In this document: one piece after another, positions 1 through 8,638 of the stretch
How positions within the stretch are numbered: position 1 is the stretch's first letter
How the letters are laid out: each line of letters begins with the position of its first letter
Assembly (NCBI GenBank): GCA_023245155.1
Contig: JAHFKV010000001.1
Span: 203,034-267,033 of the forward strand
Source: Candidatus Staskawiczbacteria bacterium
GTDB lineage: Bacteria > Patescibacteriota > Minisyncoccia > Minisyncoccales > Staskawiczbacteraceae
Direction: 5' to 3'
DNA length: 64,000 nt
Program-made: the position numbers and the translations under genes
The notes under the pieces: generated by a model
What the model was told of the DNA's origin: nothing
Databases searched by the model: none
What the model saw: the letters and a program-made list of their open reading frames with translations, nothing else

Positions 1-2439
1 ATGCTATTGAGGCAGATTGATTTGTATTTAGAAAAGAGAGCCAAATTCAAGATTTTTTGGGAAAAGTTTGGAAATAAAGATAATAAAATAGAATTAATTA
101 AGGCTTTAACCGGAAAAGAGCTAACCCCAAAGCAAGCCAAAGGAATCAGTGTTTCCCAGATTCCCACAGGCGTGATTTTTGAAGGCGATAAAGACACCTT
201 GCTTTTGTTGCGCGTGAAAGGAGTGTTGGACATAGGAGAAACACCAAGCCCGAATTTTGCCAGCAGGAGCAAGAGTAAATCTCCAGAAAATAATGATATT
301 GATTATGTTGCCCTGGAATCTTACGCAAGCGTGCTCAAACGCGAAAGAACGAAAAGAGAAAAAGAAAATAAAAAGCCATTAAGCAAGGAACAGATTAAGC
401 AACTGGAAAAAGATGTGAAAAACATACGGTTGCACGAACTCCAGCATGTCAATTACTATAGGAAGGATGCAGACAATAGGGATAGGTTGGAGAAAAAAGC
501 TGATCAGCAGTTGGTTGAGTATAAACAAGCTAAGGCAGCAGAAAGAGAGGCTAGGGCGCAAGATTATGTAAAGAGTTTGCAGCGCCAGGGGTTGAATAAG
601 GTTAAAAATGAAATCTTAGCTTGTTTTTATGACCAAGGAATAGTAAAACTTCAGCAAAAATTAGAACAGTACTTTTTAAAGGGGGCAGAAAGCAGGTACG
701 ATTATTTTGAAGATCCCCGCCAGAAAGTAGTCTATCAAAAAATTGAGAAAGACCATCCTTCCATGGTTAAAAAGGTCATGATTGAAGATTATGCAACCAT
801 TATCCAGGCTTCAACAAAGGCGCTGACTGAATTATTTGGCAACAACAAAGACGAAGCTTTTATTGAGCGCGCCATTGCTTTTTTGACTAAAAAAGATTTT
901 GAATTTTGGCCAAGGAACATTAGTTCGTTCATTGGGGAAGAAGCCAAGAAAGCTGGGGAACCAGCTAAGCAGGCCGAAAAACCTGAAAAGCCCGCTTCCT
1001 TGGAAGATGCAAACGATTTTGATGAACTGAAAACAACGCTGCGCGGTAAGAAAAATCAACTTGAATACGTTAATAAGACGGAAGCCTCTGTTAATGGAAT
1101 GAAGCAGAAAAAAGGTATTGCCTTGCTAGAGGCTATGCCGGCTATATATACCACCATAACAGGGTCAGAAAAAGGCGGGCCTGCGCTAAAGAAAGCCCTA
1201 CTTAAGTTATTCAAAGAAGAATTACTGAACTTAAAACCAGAAATCCAAGAAACAAAGGTAAGGCTGTTGCAAGAACTGGAACAAGACCAAGCCGAGGAAG
1301 AAGACCTTAAAGCAGAGTTTGAATTGGAATCGCGTTTTTCATTGCGCAGTTTTATAACCCTAAACTTTGCAGAAGAAAAAGTTGAGCAAAAAATGAAGGT
1401 GGTGGCTCAAAGATGCCAGGAGAACATAAAGCTTTTAGAAGGTATAAAAGAAGTTGAAGGATGGGCCTTTGGTATTTCGCCGCAAGAAGTAGGCAAGAAA
1501 AGGCAAGAAAACGAAAAATCAATATTAGAGCGTAAGTTGCGCGTTGCTAAAAAAGATTTGGAGAATTATAAAAGCCCTTTGAGATGGCTAGATCCTTTTG
1601 AAGAGTTTAAGGGTGTCAAAGAAGACCGGGTGAAAAGGCTTGAGGAAGCTATTAGTAATATAGCAGTAAAAGAATTAACAGATGTCATACAACAAAAGAA
1701 GGCCCAGCTAGAAAAGGCAACAACCGATACCGAGAAGTTTGATTTGCAAACTGACATTGATGTAATGGAGGGCAAATTACTTGCAGCGAAAGGCAAAGAG
1801 GGGGAGGTGAAGCCAGAAGTGGTAAAGTCTGAAGGGATGAAAAAGTTTGAGAAAGGGAGGGAGATTCTAGAGAGCGAGATTGGAAGGGTAAATAAACTTT
1901 CTGATTTTGCTGATATTGTAAAAAAATATCCCGTTTTGGCAGAGGCGGAAGAGTTTGGCGAATTGTTTGATATTATGAGTGGTTTGGATAAAATGAGCGT
2001 TAAGAATATTGCCGACATAAGTAGGGAGGACTTGCAAAAGGGTAAAGATTGGGCGACCGCAGTGTTGCAAGACAAAGAATTTGAAAAGATAAAAGGCTTA
2101 AAGGAAAAGTGCGAAAAATTAGCTTACGCCAAAATAGATGAGTTGCTTGCGGCGAAAGGCAAAGAGGAGGAGGTGAAGCCAGAAGTGGTAAAGTCTGAAG
2201 GGGTGAAGCAATTGGAAATCTTGTTCAGGCTTCCTGTTACAACGGCAAGCACTGTTTTGACGGCGCTGGAATCTGACGCTAAAGCATATTTGGATACGCC
2301 AGAGCACGAGCAAGAGTTCAGAAAATTATTTACTGAAGCATCTGATAATAATTGGTATCCAGAAAGTTGGTCTAGCTTAGATCCACTTGATCAATCGGTC
2401 GCCGAAGATGTGATCGCTAAAATATTGGCTAAAAAATAA
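1..2439 (+). CDS. Large charged/coiled-coil hypothetical protein with HEXXH motif (may extend upstream of the window)
   Basis: 812-aa open frame, K/E-rich; LHELQH motif followed by a NEILA segment; internal ~21-aa repeat. Confidence 0.7.
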   Translation: MLLRQIDLYLEKRAKFKIFWEKFGNKDNKIELIKALTGKELTPKQAKGISVSQIPTGVIFEGDKDTLLLLRVKGVLDIGETPSPNFASRSKSKSPENNDIDYVALESYASVLKRERTKREKENKKPLSKEQIKQLEKDVKNIRLHELQHVNYYRKDADNRDRLEKKADQQLVEYKQAKAAEREARAQDYVKSLQRQGLNKVKNEILACFYDQGIVKLQQKLEQYFLKGAESRYDYFEDPRQKVVYQKIEKDHPSMVKKVMIEDYATIIQASTKALTELFGNNKDEAFIERAIAFLTKKDFEFWPRNISSFIGEEAKKAGEPAKQAEKPEKPASLEDANDFDELKTTLRGKKNQLEYVNKTEASVNGMKQKKGIALLEAMPAIYTTITGSEKGGPALKKALLKLFKEELLNLKPEIQETKVRLLQELEQDQAEEEDLKAEFELESRFSLRSFITLNFAEEKVEQKMKVVAQRCQENIKLLEGIKEVEGWAFGISPQEVGKKRQENEKSILERKLRVAKKDLENYKSPLRWLDPFEEFKGVKEDRVKRLEEAISNIAVKELTDVIQQKKAQLEKATTDTEKFDLQTDIDVMEGKLLAAKGKEGEVKPEVVKSEGMKKFEKGREILESEIGRVNKLSDFADIVKKYPVLAEAEEFGELFDIMSGLDKMSVKNIADISREDLQKGKDWATAVLQDKEFEKIKGLKEKCEKLAYAKIDELLAAKGKEEEVKPEVVKSEGVKQLEILFRLPVTTASTVLTALESDAKAYLDTPEHEQEFRKLFTEASDNNWYPESWSSLDPLDQSVAEDVIAKILAKK
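1777..2206 (+). repeat. Two copies of a ~64-bp direct repeat (1777-1840, 2143-2206) inside ORF1
   Basis: Encode LLAAKGKE(G/E)EVKPEVVKSEG; near-identical DNA, 366 bp apart. Confidence 0.9.
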
Positions 2440-4344
2440 CTACTTTTTTATTTTTTTTAATAAATCCCGTAACTCCGCCGCGCGTTCAAAATCCATATTT
2501 TTGGCGGCAATTTTCATTTCTTTTTCTAGTAACTTTTTATCCTGGACTAAATCAAACTCCATAGAAACATCCTCTGGTTTGGAAAACCCCCAGTCGCGGA
2601 TGTCTTTAATAATCGCCCGTGGTTTTAAGCCGTGTTTTTTATTATATGCTTCTTGAATTTTTCTTCTGCGATTAATTTCACCAATGGCCAAATTCATAGA
2701 CACGGTTGTTTTATCGGCATACAAAATAATCCGGCCTTGAATATGTCGAGCCGCGCGCCCCATGGTTTGAATTAATGTCGTATAATTTCGCAAAAAGCCT
2801 TCTTTGTCGGCGTCCAAAATGGCCACCAGTGAAACTTCGGGCAGGTCCAAACCTTCTCTAAGTAAATTAATTCCCACCAACACATCAAACTTTCCGCGCC
2901 GAAAATCATTGAGCACTTTTGGCCGTTCCATGGTTTTTACTTCTGAATGTAAATACTGGGTTTTGATGCCATGGTCAACTAAATAATCGGCAATTTCTTC
3001 CGCCAATCTTTTGGTCAGTGTTACCACTAAAACCCGATGACCTTTTTCGGTCTCTTTTTTAATTTCCTCCATCACATCCTTAATTTGGTTTTGCGTTTTT
3101 TTTATTTCAATGGAGGGCTCAAGTAAGCCTGTTGGTCGAATAATTTGTTCTATTATATTTTTGCCCGATGTTTCTTGTTCGTATCTGGCCGGCGTGGCGG
3201 AAACATACACCGTTGGTGCTTGCCTCTCAACAAATTCTGGCCAACGCAATGGCCGGTTATCAATGGCGCTGGGCAGCCTCCAGCCGTAGTTTATCAGCGT
3301 CTCTTTTCTGGCTTTATCTCCCACTGACATGGCGTGAATTTGGGGCAGGGCAATGTGGCTTTCGTCAATGAACATTAAAAAACCATTTTTATTGAAATGC
3401 CCAAAGTAATCCACTAAAGAAAATGGTGGACTACCCGGTTTTCTAAATTCCAATTGGCTGGAGTAGTTTTCAATTCCTTGGCAAAAGCCGGTTTCTTGCA
3501 GCATTTCTAAATCGTAATTGGTTTTTTCTTCCAGGCGCTGGACTTCCACCAATTTATTTTGCTTTTTTAGTATCTTTAATCTTTCTTCCAATTCCAGCCG
3601 AATGTTGGCAATGGCAATATTAATTTTGTTTTGCGGAGCCACCCAAAAAGTGGCAGGAAAAATGGTAAAAGGCGACTCGGACAATTTTGAAATATTGTTG
3701 CCGTCAAATTCCACGCGCAAGACTTTTTCTCCCGTGACCAAATTAATTTCAATCACATCTCCGCGCACGCGAAAGGTGCCGGGCTTAAACTCAATATCAT
3801 TTCGTTTATACTGCATGGAAATTAAGTGGGAAATAAAATCTTTGCGGGAAATTTTTTGTCCGGTTTGGATTTGAAAAGACACGCTTTGGTAATTTTCCGG
3901 CGAACCAATGTTGTAAATGCAACTGACCGAAGCTATCACAATAACATCTTTACGGGAGAGCACATCTTGCGCGGCGGCGTGGCGCAATCGGTCAATTTCT
4001 TCGTTGATTTTGGCGTCTTTTTCTATATACGTATTGGTTTGGGGAATGTAGGCTTCGGGCTGATAATAATCATAGTACGACACAAAGTAATGCACGCCGT
4101 TTCTTGGGAAAAATTCTTTAAATTCTTGGTATAATTGTGCAGCCAGGGTTTTGTTGGGGGAAATGATCAGTGTTGGTTTTTGAATATTTTGAATCACATT
4201 GGCCATGGTAAACGTTTTGCCACTGCCCGTCACGCCCAAAAGCACCTGGTGTTGTTCGCCCCTTTTGAGATTTTCGGTCAGCTGTTTAATGGCAGCTGGC
4301 TGGTCGCCGGTGGGTTTAAATTTTGAAATTAGTTCAAATTTCAT
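2440..4344 (-). CDS. uvrB: Excinuclease ABC subunit B
   Basis: GVTGSGKT Walker A, YYDYYQPEAY, DESH, C-terminal FERAAELRD UVR domain. Confidence 0.98.
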   Translation of the reverse strand: MKFELISKFKPTGDQPAAIKQLTENLKRGEQHQVLLGVTGSGKTFTMANVIQNIQKPTLIISPNKTLAAQLYQEFKEFFPRNGVHYFVSYYDYYQPEAYIPQTNTYIEKDAKINEEIDRLRHAAAQDVLSRKDVIVIASVSCIYNIGSPENYQSVSFQIQTGQKISRKDFISHLISMQYKRNDIEFKPGTFRVRGDVIEINLVTGEKVLRVEFDGNNISKLSESPFTIFPATFWVAPQNKINIAIANIRLELEERLKILKKQNKLVEVQRLEEKTNYDLEMLQETGFCQGIENYSSQLEFRKPGSPPFSLVDYFGHFNKNGFLMFIDESHIALPQIHAMSVGDKARKETLINYGWRLPSAIDNRPLRWPEFVERQAPTVYVSATPARYEQETSGKNIIEQIIRPTGLLEPSIEIKKTQNQIKDVMEEIKKETEKGHRVLVVTLTKRLAEEIADYLVDHGIKTQYLHSEVKTMERPKVLNDFRRGKFDVLVGINLLREGLDLPEVSLVAILDADKEGFLRNYTTLIQTMGRAARHIQGRIILYADKTTVSMNLAIGEINRRRKIQEAYNKKHGLKPRAIIKDIRDWGFSKPEDVSMEFDLVQDKKLLEKEMKIAAKNMDFERAAELRDLLKKIKK

Positions 4345-4358
4345 GCTAGTATAAGTTT

Positions 4359-4922
4359 ATGATAAGTTATTTAAGCGGAAAAATTATTTTAAAGAAAGAC
4401 AAGTTTATTATAATTGAAGTCAACAATATTGGCTACAAGGTTTTTTTGTCGCGCCAGAGTGCATTAAAACTACCAGAAAACGTTGAGAATATCAAAGTTT
4501 TTTGTTTTCATAATGTCAAAGAGGATGCTTCAGATTTGTACGGTTTTTTAAGTTATGACGGGTTGGAATTTTTTGAAACACTGCTGGATATTCATGGGGT
4601 GGGGCCCAAAGCGGCGTTGGAAATTTCTGCGCTGGGGCCTTTGGAAAAAGTGAAAGACAAAATTTTAGCGGGGGATGTTAAGATGTTTTCTGAAATTCCA
4701 GGGATTGGTGCCAAAAAAGCTATGACCATTATTTTGGAACTAACCGGAAAAATCAAACTGCTGGATGGCGCAAAAGCCAAAGGAGGCAGTGATGCCGAAG
4801 ATGCGCTGGTACAACTTGGTTTTTCTCATCAACAAGCCAAGGAAGCGCTCAAAAGTGTTGACTCAAAAATAAAAAACACGGAAGAAAAAATTAAACTGGC
4901 ACTCAAAAGTTTGGGGAAATAA
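4359..4922 (+). CDS. ruvA: Holliday junction branch migration protein RuvA
   Basis: N-terminal OB fold IGYKV, HhH motifs GVGPKAAL and IPGIGAKKA, ALVQLGF. Confidence 0.95.
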   Translation: MISYLSGKIILKKDKFIIIEVNNIGYKVFLSRQSALKLPENVENIKVFCFHNVKEDASDLYGFLSYDGLEFFETLLDIHGVGPKAALEISALGPLEKVKDKILAGDVKMFSEIPGIGAKKAMTIILELTGKIKLLDGAKAKGGSDAEDALVQLGFSHQQAKEALKSVDSKIKNTEEKIKLALKSLGK

Positions 4923-4926
4923 ATTT

Positions 4927-4992
4927 TTGACATTTCCGGATCTTGGGTGCATACTAGCTATAGTTCGCTCATTCTTGCCCTAACCAAGGAGG
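4927..4992 (+). promoter_or_regulatory. Sigma70 promoter TTGACA-N17-CATACT plus SD AAGGAGG (4986-4992)
   Basis: Read directly; 17-bp spacer. Confidence 0.75.
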
Positions 4993-4999
4993 TTTTGCT

Positions 5000-5452
5000 G
5001 TGAAGCACCCACCAGTTCATTTCCAGATTTTGGCAGTGTGTTCCAGTGTTCTCTCAAAGAAAAAGAGGGGGGAGCGTGGTAGGGCGATAAGCCATGTGTC
5101 AAGTTACTCAACCACAGTGACCCTGAAGGTTCGTGGAGAAAGGAAGCCGAGGACAATAGAGCTGCTGGCCTCTGATTCCACCGCTGTGTCTGAAAACAGC
5201 TTTGGGCAATCCCTGTTTAAGGCTATCAAGCAGGGATTGGTCGGTGATTTTCCGTGGCTTCAGGATTGCCGCCTGAATAAGATCGAGTATGGGGATGGCC
5301 AGGGATACTATTTTACCTGGGCGTTCGTGCAGGCTGACGCCGGAGTTCAGAAATTTGAGGGCATGGGAGATGACTCGAATTCTGCCACCATTGGTGCGCT
5401 CCAGGCTGCCTTCAACCATTTTTTTGGTCAGCACGTTGCCGAAAACAAGTAG
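5000..5452 (+). CDS. Hypothetical protein, possibly a stand-alone LeuA/CimA-type allosteric (regulatory) domain
   Basis: GTG start after strong SD; pattern TVTLKVRGE...SLFKAIKQGL..FPWLQDCRL...GALQAAFNHF resembles the isopropylmalate/citramalate synthase C-terminal domain. Confidence 0.55.
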   Translation: MKHPPVHFQILAVCSSVLSKKKRGERGRAISHVSSYSTTVTLKVRGERKPRTIELLASDSTAVSENSFGQSLFKAIKQGLVGDFPWLQDCRLNKIEYGDGQGYYFTWAFVQADAGVQKFEGMGDDSNSATIGALQAAFNHFFGQHVAENK

Positions 5453-5464
5453 GTTCAGTGTTGG

Positions 5465-5495
5465 AGCCGGCTCGCATGCGAGCCGGCTGTTTTTT
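5465..5495 (+). terminator. Intrinsic terminator (perfect 24-bp palindrome + U tract)
   Basis: AGCCGGCTCGCA|TGCGAGCCGGCT then GTTTTTT. Confidence 0.85.
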
Positions 5496-5522
5496 GTGGA
5501 AATTCTGTGTTAAATTGAGAAT

Positions 5523-6728
5523 ATGAATTTTAAGAAATTATTAAAAAAAATCACGCCAGCGTTTTTACTAAATTGGTACCATTACAGCCTGGCATTTTTG
5601 GGAGCACTGATGTACCGATTTCCCAGTAATAATTTGACCGTGATTGGAGTGACGGGAACCTCCGGTAAGTCAACTACCGTAGATTTTATCACGAGAATCT
5701 TAGAAGAGGCGGGGCATAAGGTGGCTTCAACTTCTTCCATCCGCTTTAAGGTAGCTGACAAAGAATGGAAAAATAAAATGAAAATGACTATGCCCGGGCG
5801 TCTTGTTATCCAAAAACTACTTCGTCAGGCCGTAGACGCAGGTTGTAAATATGCCGTGCTGGAAGTTACTTCCGAAGGTATTAAACAGTCTCGCCATAAG
5901 TTTATCAATTTTGACACAGCAGTTTTTTTGAATTTGACGCCAGAGCATTTAGATTCCCATGGCGGATTTGAAAACTATCGGAATGCTAAAATGGAGTTAT
6001 TTAAGGCTACTAAAAATATCCATGTTATCAATGCCGAAGACGAAAATATGGAATATTTTTTGCAAATCCCCGCTCGTAAGAAAATCACTTTTGGCTTGGA
6101 AAAGGGTGATGTAAATTTGGCAACCAATCCAATCACCCTGCAATTGTTGGGAGATTTTAATAATTACAACGCCCTGGCTGCCATTGCTGTAGGCATGCAC
6201 TACGGCGTCTCAAGAGAGGTTTGTGCCAGGGCAGTTGAAAAAGTAAAAGGTGTGCCGGGCAGATTAGAAGTAGTTTCTCAGAACCCTGTGGTAGTGGTAG
6301 ATTATGCGTTTACGCCAGAACAGCTTGAAGCTTCGCATGGAGCAGTAAAAAAATACTCTGGCGGTAAAAGTTTAGTTTGTGTGTTGGGTTCATGTGGCGG
6401 AGGACGAGATAAGTGGAAAAGACCGGTGCTTGGGAAAATTGCTGCCCAAAATTGCCGAGAAATTATTATCACCAATGAAGACCCGTATGACGAAGACCCT
6501 CTGGAAATTATGGAGCAGGTGGCCAAGGGTATCGGAGAAAAGCCGTACCATATTGTATTAGATAGAAAAGAGGCTATTGAAAAAGCTTTAGAATTAGCAA
6601 CTCCCGCGGACGCCATAATCATCACCGGCAAGGGAGCGGAACCTTTGATGTGCCTAGCTGATGGTAAGAAAATTCCCTGGGATGATCGGGAAATTGTGAG
6701 GGAAGCCTTGCAAAGTAGAGAAAAATAG
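5523..6728 (+). CDS. murE: Mur ligase (MurE-like UDP-MurNAc-tripeptide synthetase)
   Basis: GVTGTSGKST, LEVTSEG, NLTPEHLD, PGRLE, GGGRD, ITGKG. Confidence 0.8.
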   Translation: MNFKKLLKKITPAFLLNWYHYSLAFLGALMYRFPSNNLTVIGVTGTSGKSTTVDFITRILEEAGHKVASTSSIRFKVADKEWKNKMKMTMPGRLVIQKLLRQAVDAGCKYAVLEVTSEGIKQSRHKFINFDTAVFLNLTPEHLDSHGGFENYRNAKMELFKATKNIHVINAEDENMEYFLQIPARKKITFGLEKGDVNLATNPITLQLLGDFNNYNALAAIAVGMHYGVSREVCARAVEKVKGVPGRLEVVSQNPVVVVDYAFTPEQLEASHGAVKKYSGGKSLVCVLGSCGGGRDKWKRPVLGKIAAQNCREIIITNEDPYDEDPLEIMEQVAKGIGEKPYHIVLDRKEAIEKALELATPADAIIITGKGAEPLMCLADGKKIPWDDREIVREALQSREK

Positions 6729-6742
6729 TATATACTTTCGCT

Positions 6743-7009
6743 ATGTCAAAAAACGATACCATTCGAAAATCAGATAAGAAATTTATCCGCCTGGAAAAAG
6801 CCCGTATCCGCCGGCAGTTTTTTGATTTGAAAAAGCGCCAAGAGATGATTAATGAACTCTATAAAAGATTTATCAAAACGGATGCACAGCCGGTAATTAC
6901 CAAGGCAGAACAACCTAAGAAGGTGGAAAAACCCATCGGCCGTAGCCTGAAGGCTAAGCCTACGGGCGAGGCAAAAGCAAAACCTAAAAAAGTAGTAGCT
7001 AAAAAATAA
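6743..7009 (+). CDS. Small basic hypothetical protein
   Basis: 88 aa, K/R-rich; TATACT box 6 nt upstream of ATG. Confidence 0.7.
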   Translation: MSKNDTIRKSDKKFIRLEKARIRRQFFDLKKRQEMINELYKRFIKTDAQPVITKAEQPKKVEKPIGRSLKAKPTGEAKAKPKKVVAKK

Positions 7010-7013
7010 TCGC

Positions 7014-7103
7014 ATGAAACGCAACACCACCAAGCATAATGCCAGAATCAACAAGCGCTGGCGAAAATCACGGAGTAAGAAATATAAAAGCATCCAGTCA
7101 TAA
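7014..7103 (+). CDS. Putative 29-aa highly basic small protein (MKRNTTKHNARINKRWRKSRSKKYKSIQS)
   Basis: ATG 4 nt after previous stop, fills the gap up to a terminator; below ORF-track cutoff. Confidence 0.5.
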   Translation: MKRNTTKHNARINKRWRKSRSKKYKSIQS

Positions 7104-7110
7104 ATTGATT

Positions 7111-7139
7111 GCTGCCCGTTTGAAAGCGGGCAGTTTTTT
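7111..7139 (+). terminator. Intrinsic terminator
   Basis: CTGCCCGTT-tgaa-AGCGGGCAG + T tract. Confidence 0.8.
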
Positions 7140-7153
7140 GTTATAATAAATCC

Positions 7154-7417
7154 ATGAAACCAAAAAAAGTTAGCAAACCAGCGGGAATCGTCACTCATTA
7201 TTTTGACAAAATAAAAGTGGGTGTAATTAAGTTGGCCGTGCCCCTGAAAGAAGGGGATGAAATCAGGATTATGGGAGGAGAGAATACAGATTTTAACCAA
7301 ACGGTAAAATCTATGCAAGTGGACCATGAGCTGGTCAAAAAGGCTGCTAAGGGTAAAAGCATTGGTCTGAAGGTGAAAGAAAGAGTACGTGACGGATATA
7401 AGGTGTATAAAGTCTGA
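7154..7417 (+). CDS. Small beta-barrel protein (translation-factor domain II / U32 C-terminal-like)
   Basis: GIVTHYFDKIKVGVIKL...GDEIRIMG..TDFNQTVKSMQVDH pattern. Confidence 0.7.
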   Translation: MKPKKVSKPAGIVTHYFDKIKVGVIKLAVPLKEGDEIRIMGGENTDFNQTVKSMQVDHELVKKAAKGKSIGLKVKERVRDGYKVYKV

Positions 7418-7429
7418 AATTGTAAAGAG

Positions 7430-7458
7430 TTGACATACCAGAAGTCCCACACTAGAAT
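7430..7458 (+). promoter_or_regulatory. Sigma70 promoter TTGACA-N17-TAGAAT for greA
   Basis: Read directly. Confidence 0.7.
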
Positions 7459-7477
7459 GAGCTATTAATAAAAAACT

Positions 7478-7945
7478 ATGGAAGAAAAAATTTACCATAT
7501 TACCAAAGAAAAATTGGCTCAGGTAAAAAAAGAACACGAAGCTTTGGTAGCCGTCGAGCATAGTGGTGCTGTTGAGCATGAGGCGCCTAAAATGGTTGAG
7601 TCAGACGACTTGAACCCTGAATTTGTCAGTTTCCAGGACGAGGTTGGTTCTATGCGAGCTAGGATTGACGAATTGGAAGATATTTTAAAAAAACACCAAT
7701 TAATTAAAAAGCCGCCCAAGGAGAGGCAAGTGTTTGTGGATTTGGGAGCTAAAGTGAAGATAGAAGCCGATGGCAAGAAGAGTGAATTTATGATTGTGGG
7801 AACCCTGGAGGCCCATCCGGAGTTAGGGAAAATCAGTAACGAGTCACCCGTGGGAGCAGCCTTGTTGGGGCATAAAATTGGAGACGAGGTGGTGCATGAA
7901 AAAACCAAGTATAAAATAAAAAGCATTAAGTACGAGATTAACTAA
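7478..7945 (+). CDS. greA: GreA/GreB family transcription factor
   Basis: N-terminal coiled coil; C-terminal IVGTLEA..GKISNESPVGAALLG. Confidence 0.85.
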   Translation: MEEKIYHITKEKLAQVKKEHEALVAVEHSGAVEHEAPKMVESDDLNPEFVSFQDEVGSMRARIDELEDILKKHQLIKKPPKERQVFVDLGAKVKIEADGKKSEFMIVGTLEAHPELGKISNESPVGAALLGHKIGDEVVHEKTKYKIKSIKYEIN

Positions 7946-7959
7946 ATGTACGTTTCAAG

Positions 7960-7982
7960 AGGTGTCCTGCTGGGCGCCTTTT
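7960..7982 (+). terminator. Intrinsic terminator
   Basis: AGGTGTCC-tgct-GGGCGCCT + TTT. Confidence 0.6.
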
Positions 7983-7997
7983 GTGATACAATAAAAT

Positions 7998-8636
7998 ATG
8001 TTTACCCATATTAACCGGGTTGCTAAGGCATACATCTTTTGGGATTTGACGGTTAATTCCGCCTGGGGATTACTTTCCCCAGTTTTTGCCATATTTATTG
8101 TCCAAAACATCACCGTTGGAGGCATTGGCGATGCTGCCCGCGTGGCTGGTTTTGCCACGTTGTGTTACTGGATTACCAAAGCTGTTTTGCAGATGCCCAT
8201 TGCTGCTTATTTGGATAAAAATCATGGAGAGAAGGACGATTTTTGGTTCTTTGTCATGGGGACAACCATTGTGGGTTTGGTCCCCCTTGGATATTTATTT
8301 GCTCATCAACCTTGGCATGTGTATGTGCTGCAGATTGTTCAGGCGGCTGGATGGTCTATGATTATCCCTTCGGCAGCGGCAATCTTTATACGGCACATTG
8401 ATGAAGGGAGGGAATCATTCACTACTGGGTTAGACAACACTCTTTCAGGAGCTGGGATTGGCATTACCGGTGCTATTGGAGGTTTGATAGTCAGTTATGT
8501 CGGCTTTAAATTAATATTTATCATGGTAAGTATTTTTACTTTATTGGCAATTCCTATCATATTTTCTATAAAGAAAAATATGCGGCCGAAAATGTCTCAA
8601 AAGATTCACAAGTTTCCCCCGCAAAAAATATTCTAA
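7998..8636 (+). CDS. Half-size (6-TM) MFS transporter-like protein
   Basis: Hydrophobic helices, motif-A-like AAYLDKNHGE, 212 aa. Confidence 0.7.
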   Translation: MFTHINRVAKAYIFWDLTVNSAWGLLSPVFAIFIVQNITVGGIGDAARVAGFATLCYWITKAVLQMPIAAYLDKNHGEKDDFWFFVMGTTIVGLVPLGYLFAHQPWHVYVLQIVQAAGWSMIIPSAAAIFIRHIDEGRESFTTGLDNTLSGAGIGITGAIGGLIVSYVGFKLIFIMVSIFTLLAIPIIFSIKKNMRPKMSQKIHKFPPQKIF

Positions 8637-8638
8637 GT

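Noticed and set aside
6299..6500. MurE motif variants (DYAF for DYAH, EDPY for DNPR)
   Set aside because: Single-motif differences; a change in substrate cannot be inferred from them.
6770..7579. 269-aa minus-strand ORF
   Set aside because: Antisense to several credible plus-strand genes; Phe/Leu-rich shadow of A-rich codons.
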